Assembly (NCBI GenBank): GCA_965242695.1
Contig: CBDESU010000002.1
Coordinates: forward strand, 288,001 to 352,000
Direction of reading: 5' to 3'
Source of the DNA: Cenarchaeum sp.
GTDB lineage: Archaea; Thermoproteota; Nitrososphaeria; Nitrososphaerales; Nitrosopumilaceae
DNA length: 64,000 nucleotides
The notes beneath the pieces were generated by a model that ran no database searches, was not told the DNA's origin, and saw only the letters and a list, made by a program, of their open reading frames with translations. Positions 20,630 through 30,670 of the stretch are shown here, one piece after another. Each line of letters begins with the position of its first letter. Within the stretch, counting starts at the first letter, position 1. The position numbers and the translations under genes are program-made.

Positions 20630-23600
20630 TCACTGTCCCTCCACCCCCTTACGGATCGACGGCGGTGGCGGCGCAGCCGGCCCAAGCAACTCTTCCGCAT
20701 ACCGGCCGATCGCCTTGTCCGGCAGACCGAGCTCGGACAGGCAGGAGAGCCGCCCGGCGCGCGCGTCGGCGTTGTCGGGGCTCAGTTCGAGCGCCCGGTC
20801 AAAGTGCCCGAGCGCCTCGCGGTGCATCTTCAGGCTCTGCAAGGAAAAAGCCTTGTTGCAGTACAGGCCAAAGTTGCCCGGCTCGAGCGCGATCGCCGCG
20901 TCAAAGTGCCCGAGCGCCTCGCGGTCCCTGTCCATCTCCGCCAGCACGATCCCCGCGTTGTTGTGCGCCCCGGTGTTGCGGGGATCCAGCTCGGCGGCCC
21001 GCCCGTACTCCTCCAGCGCCTCGGCCAGGCGGCTGATCGCCTGCAGGGACATCCCGCGGTTGTAGTGCAAGATGGCCTGCGTCGGCTCGATCCGGATCGC
21101 CCTGTCAAGGCAGTCTAGCGCCTCCTCGTGGCGGCCGAGCTCCGCGAGCATGCCGCCCATGTTCGAGAGTGCGCGCGGGTCGTCGGGCGTGGTCGAGACG
21201 ACCGCCTCGCAGTGAGGCAGCGCCTCACCAAAGCGGCCCAGATCGCGTAGCAGGTAGGACGCAAGAGCGCGAAAGTCCGTCTTGGTGGGATCGAGCTTGA
21301 CGGCCCGCAGGCAGTGAGGCAGGGCCTCTTCCTGGCGGCCCAGCGCGCGCAGGGAGAGCGCCATGACAAAGTGCGGCCTGGGATCCGACCGGTTCGCCTC
21401 GATGGCCCGGCCGCACAATCGCAGGACCTCTTTGTGGCGATCAAGCCGTTGCAGCAAGGCCACTAGCGGCATATACGAGTCGACGCGGCCGGGCGCGGCC
21501 TCGATTGCCCTGCGCCCGTACAGCATGGCCTCCTCGTGGAGGCCCATCTTCGACAGGCAAGTGGACACCCTCTCGTGGGCCAGCGGATCCTCCGGCGCGA
21601 TCTCGGCGGCCCTTTTCGCATGCTGCAAGGCCTCTTCATACCGTTCAAGGTGAAACAGGGTGAATGACGCGTCGTGGTGCGTCTGCGCGCTGCTCGGATC
21701 GAGGCTTGCCGCCCTCAGGCGGTGCGGCAGGGCCTCGGCGTGGCGGCCGAGCGCAGACAGGAAGCGGCCCGTGGCGGCATGCACGGCGGCGTTCGAGGGA
21801 TCCGCCCTGATTGCCGCCATGCAGTGCTCCAGCGCCTCCTCGTGCAGGCCCATCCCCGTCTGGGACTGGGCCATCCTGAGATGCAGGGCGGCATCGGGCG
21901 CGCCCAGCCCAGCGGCCATCTTGTAGGCGTCATACGCCTTGTCGTACCTCTTTTCCTTGAAGAGGCGGTCGCCGCGGTCCACGTACCCTTGGCGCTTTGC
22001 CGCCCCATCATCGCATCCGTTGCCGCCGCCGGCGGAGGCTACGGAGGGGGATGCCAGTCCAGCCGGCCTGCCTTGCGAGGTGGGCCCGCCTGGCGGCGCT
22101 CTAGGCATCTGCGACAGGGCAGAAGCGGGGGGCGGACGGAACGGGGAGCCGCCATCCCCCCGAAAGTCGGCGGACATGAATTTTTCGTGGGAGACTATGT
22201 CGACTCCCATGTGCCGCGAGATCAGAGGCTCGTGTTTGGTCACTATTACAGTGTGCACAGCATAGTCGTAAAATGACTCTTCCAGGTCAAGGCCGAAGTT
22301 CTTCAGGCTTGCAAAATGGCGCTTGAAAAGACGGCGCCGCCGGTGGTGCCTCTTGGCGTGCTCGAGCAGGCCGCGCCGCCCGTCAAGCACCAGCTGGCCG
22401 ACCATAGTCGTCCCTGCCTTGGAAGAGGGCGAGATGTCCTCATACTTTGCCTCTACGAGCACGATGACCTTTTTTGCGCGATCGACGGCTATGCAGTCGA
22501 ACTCTGTCTTTGCGTTGTCGAACGACATGCGCAGCTGCGGCCGGTTGGGCCCGGGGTGGACTTCGAACCCGTCGTCGCGCAGCTTTTGCCTTATTTTTTC
22601 CTCGAAATGGTGCGCGGCGACCTGTCTTTTTTTGTTGTATGTTGTCTGCCCCGCTTCGGTCTGCGTGCCGGAAGTCGAGGTGTTGTTTGAAAACAGGTAT
22701 AATAAGTAAAGAAGCATGGCAGGGTAATCGAAGTAATACCTTTCGCCGTCAAAGACCAGGATCGGCGCGTACGTGTGGCCGGACGTGTAGTCCTCTAGAA
22801 ACCTGCCAAAGTCCCCCTGCATGTTGTTCATCACGGCGGCACCGTCGTAGATTTCGCGGAGGCGTTCCTCGGTAATGATTCCAACGCCGCCCGGCGGGCA
22901 CGTCCTCCAGACGGAAAACAGCGCGGCAAAGTCTTCCGATCGGGACGGGTAGCGGTGCATCTTTGAGATATCGTGCCCCATTTTGAATATATGGTTGAGC
23001 GAGCCGACGAGGGTCAGAGAGTTGTCGTAGATTGTCTGAAAGTCGAACGCGCTTTCCGCGGGCCTGCCTCCGGACTTCCGGTCTATGTCATAGAACGAGT
23101 AGCATGCGGCCCGATCCTGCCGGTTACCGGCGTTGACAAGTCCAAAGGCCATGTCGAAGCTCTGCAAAGCGCGGTGGTACTTTATGACGTATGGCTCTGC
23201 ATTTGCGGTGGTGATGTAGTACTTGGAGCACAGGTTTTCCACTAGTTGCAGTGTGTCAAAGTGGTCATAGTACTGGTCGAACTCGCGGCGGAACTCCGAG
23301 TAGTCTTCCGAGCGGCCCCATTCCGCATTGCCGCTCAGGCGCGTCAGCAGGTAGCCTATGGAGGAGAGGATGCCCAGATTCATGTCGTTGCCTTTGAACA
23401 GCTTTGCGCACTCGTGCGCCCTGGCCTCGAAGAGCTTGCGGAACGCAAACCCCCTGCTGAACCTGCGGAACTGCCGTACGCTCTCGGCGCACAGGTCCCT
23501 TGCGCGCTCCGGCCCCTCGTCGCCGCTGACGTCACCGGAAAACTCCCCCCTGCTCGCGTAGGCATCGCATGCGCGGTTGAAGCACACCCCTTCCGCCGTG

Positions 23601-23746
23601 CCGTCATTGACGTAGAGTGGATCGTAGCAGAAGAGGCACAGGTAGTCGGAGTCGGTGCCGGCCAAGGCGGACTTGTCGTACCTGTCGGCGCGCGCCCGGC
23701 CCGTCCCACTTGGAACGCCCGCAGGGCGGGAAGGTGCGGGGGTCAT
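20630..23746 (-). CDS. Zn-ribbon + PD-(D/E)XK (NERD-like) nuclease + TPR repeat protein
   Basis: CLFC...CFNRAC; FEEKI...EFDCIAVD...LVEAK; C-terminal TPR array. Confidence 0.8.
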   Translation of the reverse strand: MTPAPSRPAGVPSGTGRARADRYDKSALAGTDSDYLCLFCYDPLYVNDGTAEGVCFNRACDAYASRGEFSGDVSGDEGPERARDLCAESVRQFRRFSRGFAFRKLFEARAHECAKLFKGNDMNLGILSSIGYLLTRLSGNAEWGRSEDYSEFRREFDQYYDHFDTLQLVENLCSKYYITTANAEPYVIKYHRALQSFDMAFGLVNAGNRQDRAACYSFYDIDRKSGGRPAESAFDFQTIYDNSLTLVGSLNHIFKMGHDISKMHRYPSRSEDFAALFSVWRTCPPGGVGIITEERLREIYDGAAVMNNMQGDFGRFLEDYTSGHTYAPILVFDGERYYFDYPAMLLYLLYLFSNNTSTSGTQTEAGQTTYNKKRQVAAHHFEEKIRQKLRDDGFEVHPGPNRPQLRMSFDNAKTEFDCIAVDRAKKVIVLVEAKYEDISPSSKAGTTMVGQLVLDGRRGLLEHAKRHHRRRRLFKRHFASLKNFGLDLEESFYDYAVHTVIVTKHEPLISRHMGVDIVSHEKFMSADFRGDGGSPFRPPPASALSQMPRAPPGGPTSQGRPAGLASPSVASAGGGNGCDDGAAKRQGYVDRGDRLFKEKRYDKAYDAYKMAAGLGAPDAALHLRMAQSQTGMGLHEEALEHCMAAIRADPSNAAVHAATGRFLSALGRHAEALPHRLRAASLDPSSAQTHHDASFTLFHLERYEEALQHAKRAAEIAPEDPLAHERVSTCLSKMGLHEEAMLYGRRAIEAAPGRVDSYMPLVALLQRLDRHKEVLRLCGRAIEANRSDPRPHFVMALSLRALGRQEEALPHCLRAVKLDPTKTDFRALASYLLRDLGRFGEALPHCEAVVSTTPDDPRALSNMGGMLAELGRHEEALDCLDRAIRIEPTQAILHYNRGMSLQAISRLAEALEEYGRAAELDPRNTGAHNNAGIVLAEMDRDREALGHFDAAIALEPGNFGLYCNKAFSLQSLKMHREALGHFDRALELSPDNADARAGRLSCLSELGLPDKAIGRYAEELLGPAAPPPPSIRKGVEGQ

Positions 23747-24247
23747 GGGCGCCCCCCACCAAAGTCCCGCCGCCCCCCTTGGGGCAGGCGCACGAAGGCC
23801 CCACCCGGCAGGGTACGGGACACGGCCCGGCGGCGGCACTGTTCGAGCCGATCGGCAGGACGCCGTGCGATCGCTTCCGCCCGCACCGGGGGGCAACCAG
23901 AGTCCACAGAGGGCGGCAGGCCGCTAGCCAACACGTTTATCGTCCCGCCTGTGTCACAACTGCGGCATGAGACCTTGCCCGTGGCCATTGTAAGGGGCCG
24001 CCACACGAGTGTATTTAAAGGGTATTTTTCCACCGCATACCGTGCACACAAAAGGATATTAGGGGCCAAAAATGCGCGCCCTTGATGGCTCACAGGTAGG
24101 CGGGGATGACAGGACAGGATCGCCCTACCGCTACGGCAGGGCCGACTGCATGCCCTAGGCGCAGCTGGCGTGCGAGACCGATCGCCGGCGTGCAGTGTAG
24201 TTGCAGGAACGAGGTGGCGCATGCCGCACCGCGCGCCTCGGATCGCG

Positions 24248-24413
24248 TTCCGCACCTCGGGTGCGGCCCCATTGAAGCTGTGCTCGGTACGCGGTGCTGT
24301 GCCCGATCGCGCCACTTCCGCACCTCGGGTGCGGCCCCATTGAAGATGCGATCGGCGTGCAGCGTGCTGGGCGGGCGCAGCCGTCCCGCGCCGCGCATGC
24401 GGCCCCGGTGCGC
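24248..24413 (+). CRISPR. Orphan mini CRISPR array (2 intact repeats + 1 degenerate, 2 spacers)
   Basis: TTCCGCACCTCGGGTGCGGCCCCATTGAAG at 24248 and 24316; 20/30-matching copy at 24384 (exact 68-bp period); CCGCACC-TCG-GGTGCGG hairpin; 3' ATTGAAG end; 38-bp unique spacers. Confidence 0.7.
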
Positions 24414-24503
24414 TGCACGGCAGGGGCAGGCGGCTACAGGGCGCTGGAAGCGGCGCTGTGCCGCACACCCCGCTGGACGATCAACAAGCAGGAGGAGGCT
24501 ACC

Positions 24504-27500
24504 GTGCTGAGCGAGAAAGAGGAAAAAATCGCAAGGATGCTGGAGGGCAGGTACGGCGAAGAGGTGGCGGGCGCGTTCAGGGGCGGCATCAAGGTCCTCG
24601 ATCACGACAACGAGGACAGGGTGTGCCAGTCGGCGCACTCGCTGCGGGAAGTTCTGGTGATGGTCTACAAGCAGGAAAAGATGGACAGCAAGAAGGAGCC
24701 CAAAGGCGAGGCCGAAAAGGACAACAAGAAAGGGTTCGCGCACAATTTGTCGGTTGTGATGAACCGCGTTGGGCAGCCGACGCACGATGACACCCTCTAC
24801 AGAAAAATAGCCAAAAACAAGGAGCGGCTCGACGGCATTGCGCATCACAGCAGCCGGCGTGACAAAAGAAAGTACAGACTTACAGTGAAGGAGTTTGAAG
24901 AGCTGCTTGAAGAGCTGCTAGCGCCCCACTTTAATGCGCTGGACGACGTCGAGCGCCTCATAAAGAAGCAAACCCCGACGAAGTCTGACTTTGAGGAGCT
25001 GGAAACGCTGCTGTCGAAGAACGACTCGCTGCGCGACTATTTTTTTCAGAACGCAGGGCCGGAATGGCTCGCCCGCCTGGTAGAGGAGGGCTACTTTTCA
25101 AGATCGCATAGGGCAAAAGGAGGGGACGGTGGCGCAATCCTTGCCGACAGGACACTGGCCGGATACCTAGCAGGATGCGCAAAGGAGATGCCCGAGCTAG
25201 CCGCCGGGCCGCTGGCCAGCATGCTGGAGGCAGGCGGCTGGCCGCAGGATCCGATAGTGCAGCTGCATGCGGTGCGCGCCGCCCTCGCCATGCCGCCCGA
25301 TCACGCGCTCAGAATCGCCCGGCAAGTACGACCGGGGCGGCAAGGCCACCCCCTCCACTACTCGGTTGCGGTGCAGGAGGTCGGCGAGCTGGCCGTCCAT
25401 CTGGCGGGATCGCACGCCGGCGACGCGGTCAAGCTGGCCGGGACCCTCTTGTCGGTGACTAGCCGGGTGGGCAGAACCGACACACTGGGTGGCCTTAGAA
25501 TCGAGCACATCGACGTAGTGCCCGTGGTGGGAAGCTACTATTTCGGACTCGCCCTGAAGGACGCAGTATCGCGCCTGTTCGACAAGGCGCCCGTCCAGAC
25601 CACGGCAATGCTGGTGCGCCGCTTGGCCAGGATCATACGCATGGAAAACACGGCGCTCCCCGAGAGCGAGCGCGACGGCGACGCGTCTGTCTACTGGCGG
25701 CCGGCGATCGAGGACCATGCAAACAACCCGCCCGACTTCAAGTCGGATTTGACCGGGACGCTGGCCAGGCTCCTGGTGGAGCTGGGCAAGAGGTCGATTG
25801 CGGAGCTGAAAGAGGCGCTGCGGGCGCTGGCGGAAAAAGGCTATCCGGTGTTCAGGCGCATCGAGCTCCACGTCTACAGGGCCCTCCCAGAGGCCTTTGA
25901 AGACGAGATCAACGCCGCGGTCGGGGCCTGCTTCGGCAGGCGGGAGATGAAGCACGAGTACTTTTGGCTGCTCAGGGGCAGGTTCAGGCACCTGCCCGAG
26001 GCAGTCCGCAGGGGGTACCTGGACAGGGTAGCGGGCGGCCCGGGCGAGCCGTATGTTCAGATAGCGGGCGAGCTTGAACGGGAGGGCAGAGGCCCGCCGC
26101 CCGACGAGGCCGTACGGCGCTGGAAGGTGGACAGGCTGGCCCCCGTGCGCGACCAGCTGACCGAGGCCGAGATGGGCATCGTGGGGGATGCTGTACGAGA
26201 GGACTTCCGCTCGGCCTGTCCAGACTTTGTTGTGCAGTACGGGCCGGCCCGGGTCGGGATCGACACCACGTCACTCAAGAAGGGGCTGGAGCCGGACGCC
26301 GTGATGGAGGCCCTGCGATCGTACGGCGGCAGGGACGACTACTTTTGGAACACGGACGGCACCCCGGAGAGGTTCCAAGAGTACTGCAATGAGTATCCAG
26401 GCGAGTACTCCAAGCGGGCCGGCGAGCTGGCCGGGTACCATCCGCGCCTGAGGGCGGCGCTCTTCGCCGGCCTTCAGGCGGCGGCGGGCAAGAATGCCGA
26501 CATTGACTGGGACGGCGTCCTAGGCCTCTGCGCCTCCACCGTCAAGTCGGTCACGGACGGGGGCGCCGCGTTCGGCGACGAGACAGGGGCGCTTGGCACG
26601 GCGGCGGCGCTGCTCAGAACCGCATTGAGCAAGGACCTCATCGAGCACTCGAAGAGGGACGAACTATGGGGCCTGCTAGAAGGCATGGTGATGCTGGGTG
26701 GAGAAGACGATCTGTCGGACGAGGAAAGAGCGGCCCAGACAGGTGGCGATGCGGCGTCGACGATTCACAACACGGTCGGCGGCATGACGCTCTTGGCCGC
26801 CGGCGAATACGCCATGTGGCGGTCTAGGCATGCAGGCGAAAAGCCGGGCCTTGCGCCAGAGGTGAAGGGGCTCCTCGACAGGTACATCGGCATGGACATC
26901 TACAACACGCCCTCGAGGCATGCGGCGGTAGGGAACATCCTGCCCCTCCTGTACCGGTGCGACAAGGGCTGGATCCAAGGAAGAATAAAAGGTGTATTCG
27001 GCGGCGGCACAGGGGAGCTCACTCGCGCCGCGTGGTCGGGCTATCTCGTCAACGATCCCGACTGGAACTCGTTCGGCGACATGGTTTGGATGTACAGGGC
27101 AGGCGTGGCCAGCCCGAAGAGCCCGTCCGCTGACGACGGCGGCGACTTTATGCCGTACAGCAAGGGCCTCATCAACCACGTCACGCAGGGGCACCTCCTG
27201 CGTATGGGCGAGGCCGACGGGCTGTTCGAGGACATGTCAAAAAACCTCAACAAGAGCGGCAGATCGCACTGCGCATGGATCGTCTATTTGATCCTAAAGG
27301 CCCACAACGGCCACCAATGCGAGTCGTTCGACAGCGAGAGGCTCAGGAGCATATGGAAAGACAGGAGGTTTGCGTTCAACGACTCTCTTAGCGGGTGGGT
27401 CGAGTTCAGCCCCCTAGAGCCGGAGGAGACGCTGGAGCTGCTGCACGGGTCGCTAGAGGCGGCGCCCGACAATGCCATGCCGATGTTCCTGCTAAGGGAG

Positions 27501-27740
27501 CTGAGGCCATTCGCGGACAGGCATCCCGAGAAGGTGCTGGCGTGCCTGGAGGATGTGGCTTACAACGAGTCCCTGCACGAGGAGATCCGCTTTGGCGGGG
27601 ACGACCTGCAGAGCATCCTCAAGGCACTTCTCAAAAACAGGCCGACGCGCCGGCGCGCGACCGAGGTGATAAACAGGGTGGGCGAGCTCGGCTACAACGA
27701 GTACTGCGCCCTGCTGGGCGGAGATGGTACGGGCGCATAG
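24504..27740 (+). CDS. Large helical protein with possible N-terminal HEPN-like domain
   Basis: About 1080-aa ORF; QSAHSLRE and RLDGIAH motifs at the N-terminus; YWRPAIEDH; GTG start inferred. Confidence 0.7.
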   Translation: MLSEKEEKIARMLEGRYGEEVAGAFRGGIKVLDHDNEDRVCQSAHSLREVLVMVYKQEKMDSKKEPKGEAEKDNKKGFAHNLSVVMNRVGQPTHDDTLYRKIAKNKERLDGIAHHSSRRDKRKYRLTVKEFEELLEELLAPHFNALDDVERLIKKQTPTKSDFEELETLLSKNDSLRDYFFQNAGPEWLARLVEEGYFSRSHRAKGGDGGAILADRTLAGYLAGCAKEMPELAAGPLASMLEAGGWPQDPIVQLHAVRAALAMPPDHALRIARQVRPGRQGHPLHYSVAVQEVGELAVHLAGSHAGDAVKLAGTLLSVTSRVGRTDTLGGLRIEHIDVVPVVGSYYFGLALKDAVSRLFDKAPVQTTAMLVRRLARIIRMENTALPESERDGDASVYWRPAIEDHANNPPDFKSDLTGTLARLLVELGKRSIAELKEALRALAEKGYPVFRRIELHVYRALPEAFEDEINAAVGACFGRREMKHEYFWLLRGRFRHLPEAVRRGYLDRVAGGPGEPYVQIAGELEREGRGPPPDEAVRRWKVDRLAPVRDQLTEAEMGIVGDAVREDFRSACPDFVVQYGPARVGIDTTSLKKGLEPDAVMEALRSYGGRDDYFWNTDGTPERFQEYCNEYPGEYSKRAGELAGYHPRLRAALFAGLQAAAGKNADIDWDGVLGLCASTVKSVTDGGAAFGDETGALGTAAALLRTALSKDLIEHSKRDELWGLLEGMVMLGGEDDLSDEERAAQTGGDAASTIHNTVGGMTLLAAGEYAMWRSRHAGEKPGLAPEVKGLLDRYIGMDIYNTPSRHAAVGNILPLLYRCDKGWIQGRIKGVFGGGTGELTRAAWSGYLVNDPDWNSFGDMVWMYRAGVASPKSPSADDGGDFMPYSKGLINHVTQGHLLRMGEADGLFEDMSKNLNKSGRSHCAWIVYLILKAHNGHQCESFDSERLRSIWKDRRFAFNDSLSGWVEFSPLEPEETLELLHGSLEAAPDNAMPMFLLRELRPFADRHPEKVLACLEDVAYNESLHEEIRFGGDDLQSILKALLKNRPTRRRATEVINRVGELGYNEYCALLGGDGTGA

Positions 27741-27918
27741 GCACAACTCGAGAATGGCTTTCTGACCATTTCACATGCGTACGTTGGGAGTCGATGCGTC
27801 AAAAAGGGGATCAGAAACTTGTGCTCGTGACTATAGTCTGCACGGGCCCCTATCGGATGCCCATATGTTGTGAAATTGCATGCCAAGGGCGCCCACGCAT
27901 TGGCGTCGGTTGGACATC

Positions 27919-29034
27919 CTAGCGTATTTCAAAATAGATCCCCGGTTCGTCGCTCGATATCCCGTATGTGCAGTTCTTCCGCACATTGCTACGCAAAAAA
28001 TATTTTTTTGATCTTACAATGTTAATTCTTTCCAGTGCAGACTGGGCCAAGTGGTTGACCGCAGCGACAGTATCGCCACGATCAAGTTCTAGATATGTGT
28101 TCTGAAACGCCTCGGAAGCGGGCAAGCAGAAGATTGTTTTGTTTTCAGACAAGGGCGGCATCGTTGCGTGGGTTTTGTACTCGAACCCCCCGTCGCGGAT
28201 GATACCGCCGTCCAGCGCGGCTTGAAGAATCGAATTGATTATGCTGGACCAGGCCCCCACAATGAGCGTCCCGCTATCGCCCACCTGCTCCGAGACGCGT
28301 TTGTCTAGAACAACATCCCCGGCGATTTTTCTAGCAAAATCGTCCAGCAAGGCCTGCTTGTGCACGCCTGTCATTAGGACGGTCTTCACGTCTACAAAGA
28401 TACCGTCTACCGACAGGTCGGGCTGCCTGTTGTTGTGCCTAGGATGCAGCTTTACGCATGAGCTGTTCTGGCGGTACGCCGACAGGGCCTCAGCAAGAAT
28501 CCGGTTGTGATGCAGCTTGAGCGCCGTGTCGGTGTCATTGAGGAGGGCGTCTCGCTCCGCAGGCGTGGCCCCGCCAAGCGCATGCCAGAGCGCCAATATC
28601 TCGTACAGAAAATAATACGTTTGCCGGTGGTGCTTCTCAAACTCCGTGGCGATCTTGAGCAGGTTGCCCTCAGTAGCAGCCACCCATTGCCGCATCTTGC
28701 TGATCTCTTGCTCTTCAAAGTGGTCGTCAAGCTGCATGAACATCCATTCGTCTTGCCCGGTCTGCACGTTGATCGACGCACTGTCGTCCATAATTGAACC
28801 AGGAATGAGTAGATCGTGGTACTTTATTCTAAATTGCACCCCGCGGTCCGTCACCGCTATGTCACGGAGTAGGAGCATCCTCAGCATGGGAGGGGGCGGC
28901 GAAACCTGGATCCGCTTGAGGATGCGTGCGCCGAGGGAGGGGACGCGTGACCTTGAAAACGTACCTGGCGATACTCCAAAGTGTGTGGTGTTGTTCCAAT
29001 CGAAATCTACGCGTTCGTTACCATAGTTGTCCAT
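27919..29034 (-). CDS. Hypothetical protein with PD-(D/E)XK nuclease motif
   Basis: EA...QPDLSVDGIFVDVKT; lower GC than the flanks. Confidence 0.6.
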   Translation of the reverse strand: MDNYGNERVDFDWNNTTHFGVSPGTFSRSRVPSLGARILKRIQVSPPPPMLRMLLLRDIAVTDRGVQFRIKYHDLLIPGSIMDDSASINVQTGQDEWMFMQLDDHFEEQEISKMRQWVAATEGNLLKIATEFEKHHRQTYYFLYEILALWHALGGATPAERDALLNDTDTALKLHHNRILAEALSAYRQNSSCVKLHPRHNNRQPDLSVDGIFVDVKTVLMTGVHKQALLDDFARKIAGDVVLDKRVSEQVGDSGTLIVGAWSSIINSILQAALDGGIIRDGGFEYKTHATMPPLSENKTIFCLPASEAFQNTYLELDRGDTVAAVNHLAQSALERINIVRSKKYFLRSNVRKNCTYGISSDEPGIYFEIR

Positions 29035-29147
29035 ACCACTGCGGCGGTGTGTCTCCCCTATTATACCATCCCTTGGTGCGATACACGCCGTTGCGGAGGC
29101 CGCAACAGGGACGCCGCCTGCACTGCCGAAGGCCGCCTTTCGACAGG

Positions 29148-29155
29148 TATAAAAA
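29148..29155 (+). promoter_or_regulatory. TATA box of the HEPN gene, displaced by the IS
   Basis: TATAAAAA; after removing the IS and one TSD it starts 31 nt before ATG 30671. Confidence 0.6.
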
Positions 29156-29173
29156 TCCCGCGGATGCCCCTTG

Positions 29174-30662
29174 GAAGCTTACGGGTAATTAGCGGCTAAG
29201 TCTTACGGTTGAATACGGGGGATGGGTGAAAGGCCGTCGCCGTACCCCCGCCTCCGCCCTCACATAGCCCGGCGTGGAACTTTTCTAGCGAGCCGTGTCT
29301 TGCCATAGTGCCAAACAAGGTGCAGGGGTGGAAGCCATCCCAGTCTTTCATCCATTAACATTATCGATTTAGATGGAGAATGCCCCATGCATTCTTGCGT
29401 ATTTCTCGTTGGAATGTAGGCCTAATACTTCCAACCTTCTGGCTGTGGAACACGTTCGCACGGCCTGCGATTTCGGTGCCCCCAATCTACAGGGTTTCTC
29501 CTCCTACATTTTTTGCGGAAATTGATTAGTCCGCAGACGACTTGAAAGATCATGTCCATCCGTTCGGTCTCAAACCAATGAAGCTTATCCAATATGTGGT
29601 AATTCTTAATGTGTGCATTTGTTTGTTCAACATAGTACTTTTGGCTGTTTATGTACGAGTTCTTCTTGTGGCTCTCCTCGGATAGCTCACCGCCAGGTGG
29701 TTTTTTATCGCCGTGGATTAGCGTGATATCTGGAGACTTTTCGACATGGTAGTACGCTCTGTCGGCAAACCACTTTTTCAGTGCACGGAGTAGCTGGTAG
29801 TTGCGCGTCCTGTGATAAAGGGCGGCGTCGTTGATCGCGGCCCGTACGGGCCGCGTCGCATCGATGATATACCCATTGCCATCCAAGGATGTCTGCACGT
29901 TAAGACCCACGCCCTTTTTACGCCTAGAATAGGACTTCAGGACATCCCTGTCGCGGGGCTTTGTGGTGTTGACGACCAATGCGTCTATGACACCCATCTC
30001 CAGATCTAGGTAGTCATCAAGGGGACGGTCGCGTCTAGGCCTAGAAACCCTCCGTCCAAGCCGTCTTGGAATGTCGAGAATCATATGGAGGATGGGTAAC
30101 AACTCCGTCAGTGCCGCTCGTGCTGTGTCATGAGACACATCAAACACCAGCGCCACATCTTCTTCTGACTTACCTCTGAGCTGCATTAGTGCCATGACAA
30201 GCCTGTCACGAAGGCCGAATTCATGTTGTCTCCCGGCTCCATACTTTCTTGTTCTGCCATGTTTATGAAAACGGCGGTACGCCTGGCGTAATGCGACGGG
30301 CTTAACTTCAGCATAGAGTTCGTCGACTTCACTGATTTTTAACGACGTAGCCGATAGGTGCGTGGAGGGGCGCGTCCATTCTGCAACACGGGATTTTCTT
30401 CGTCCGCCCACAACCAACCTCTCTAGTTTTTCCGGCATTCGGCGGCGGGCCACACCGGGATGATATAACACTTTGGTTTTGAAATAGGGCGTGTGGACGC
30501 TAAATTTGGTTTTGCGATCACCGATCAATGCTTGAATTGCAATCACTGGTGAAAGTGAAGTTGGAATTCCTGTCTTTAAAATGATTAGACGGTCTATTAC
30601 AGAATACTGGATTCGTACCGCATCCAACCGTAGAACTTAAGCGCTAATTACCCGTAAGCTTC
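29174..30662 (-). mobile_element. IS5-family (ISL2-like) insertion sequence, 1489 bp
   Basis: Imperfect TIRs of about 45 bp starting GAAGCTTACGGGTAATTAGCG; TTG duplicated at 29171-29173 and 30663-30665; low GC. Confidence 0.9.
29422..30438 (-). CDS. DDE transposase (HTH_Tnp_4 + DDE_Tnp_4 type)
   Basis: IDA, YSRRKK, NDAALY, ADRAY, KKPPGGELS, VEQTNAHIK motifs. Confidence 0.88.
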   Translation of the reverse strand: MPEKLERLVVGGRRKSRVAEWTRPSTHLSATSLKISEVDELYAEVKPVALRQAYRRFHKHGRTRKYGAGRQHEFGLRDRLVMALMQLRGKSEEDVALVFDVSHDTARAALTELLPILHMILDIPRRLGRRVSRPRRDRPLDDYLDLEMGVIDALVVNTTKPRDRDVLKSYSRRKKGVGLNVQTSLDGNGYIIDATRPVRAAINDAALYHRTRNYQLLRALKKWFADRAYYHVEKSPDITLIHGDKKPPGGELSEESHKKNSYINSQKYYVEQTNAHIKNYHILDKLHWFETERMDMIFQVVCGLINFRKKCRRRNPVDWGHRNRRPCERVPQPEGWKY

Positions 30663-30670
30663 TTGGCGGC

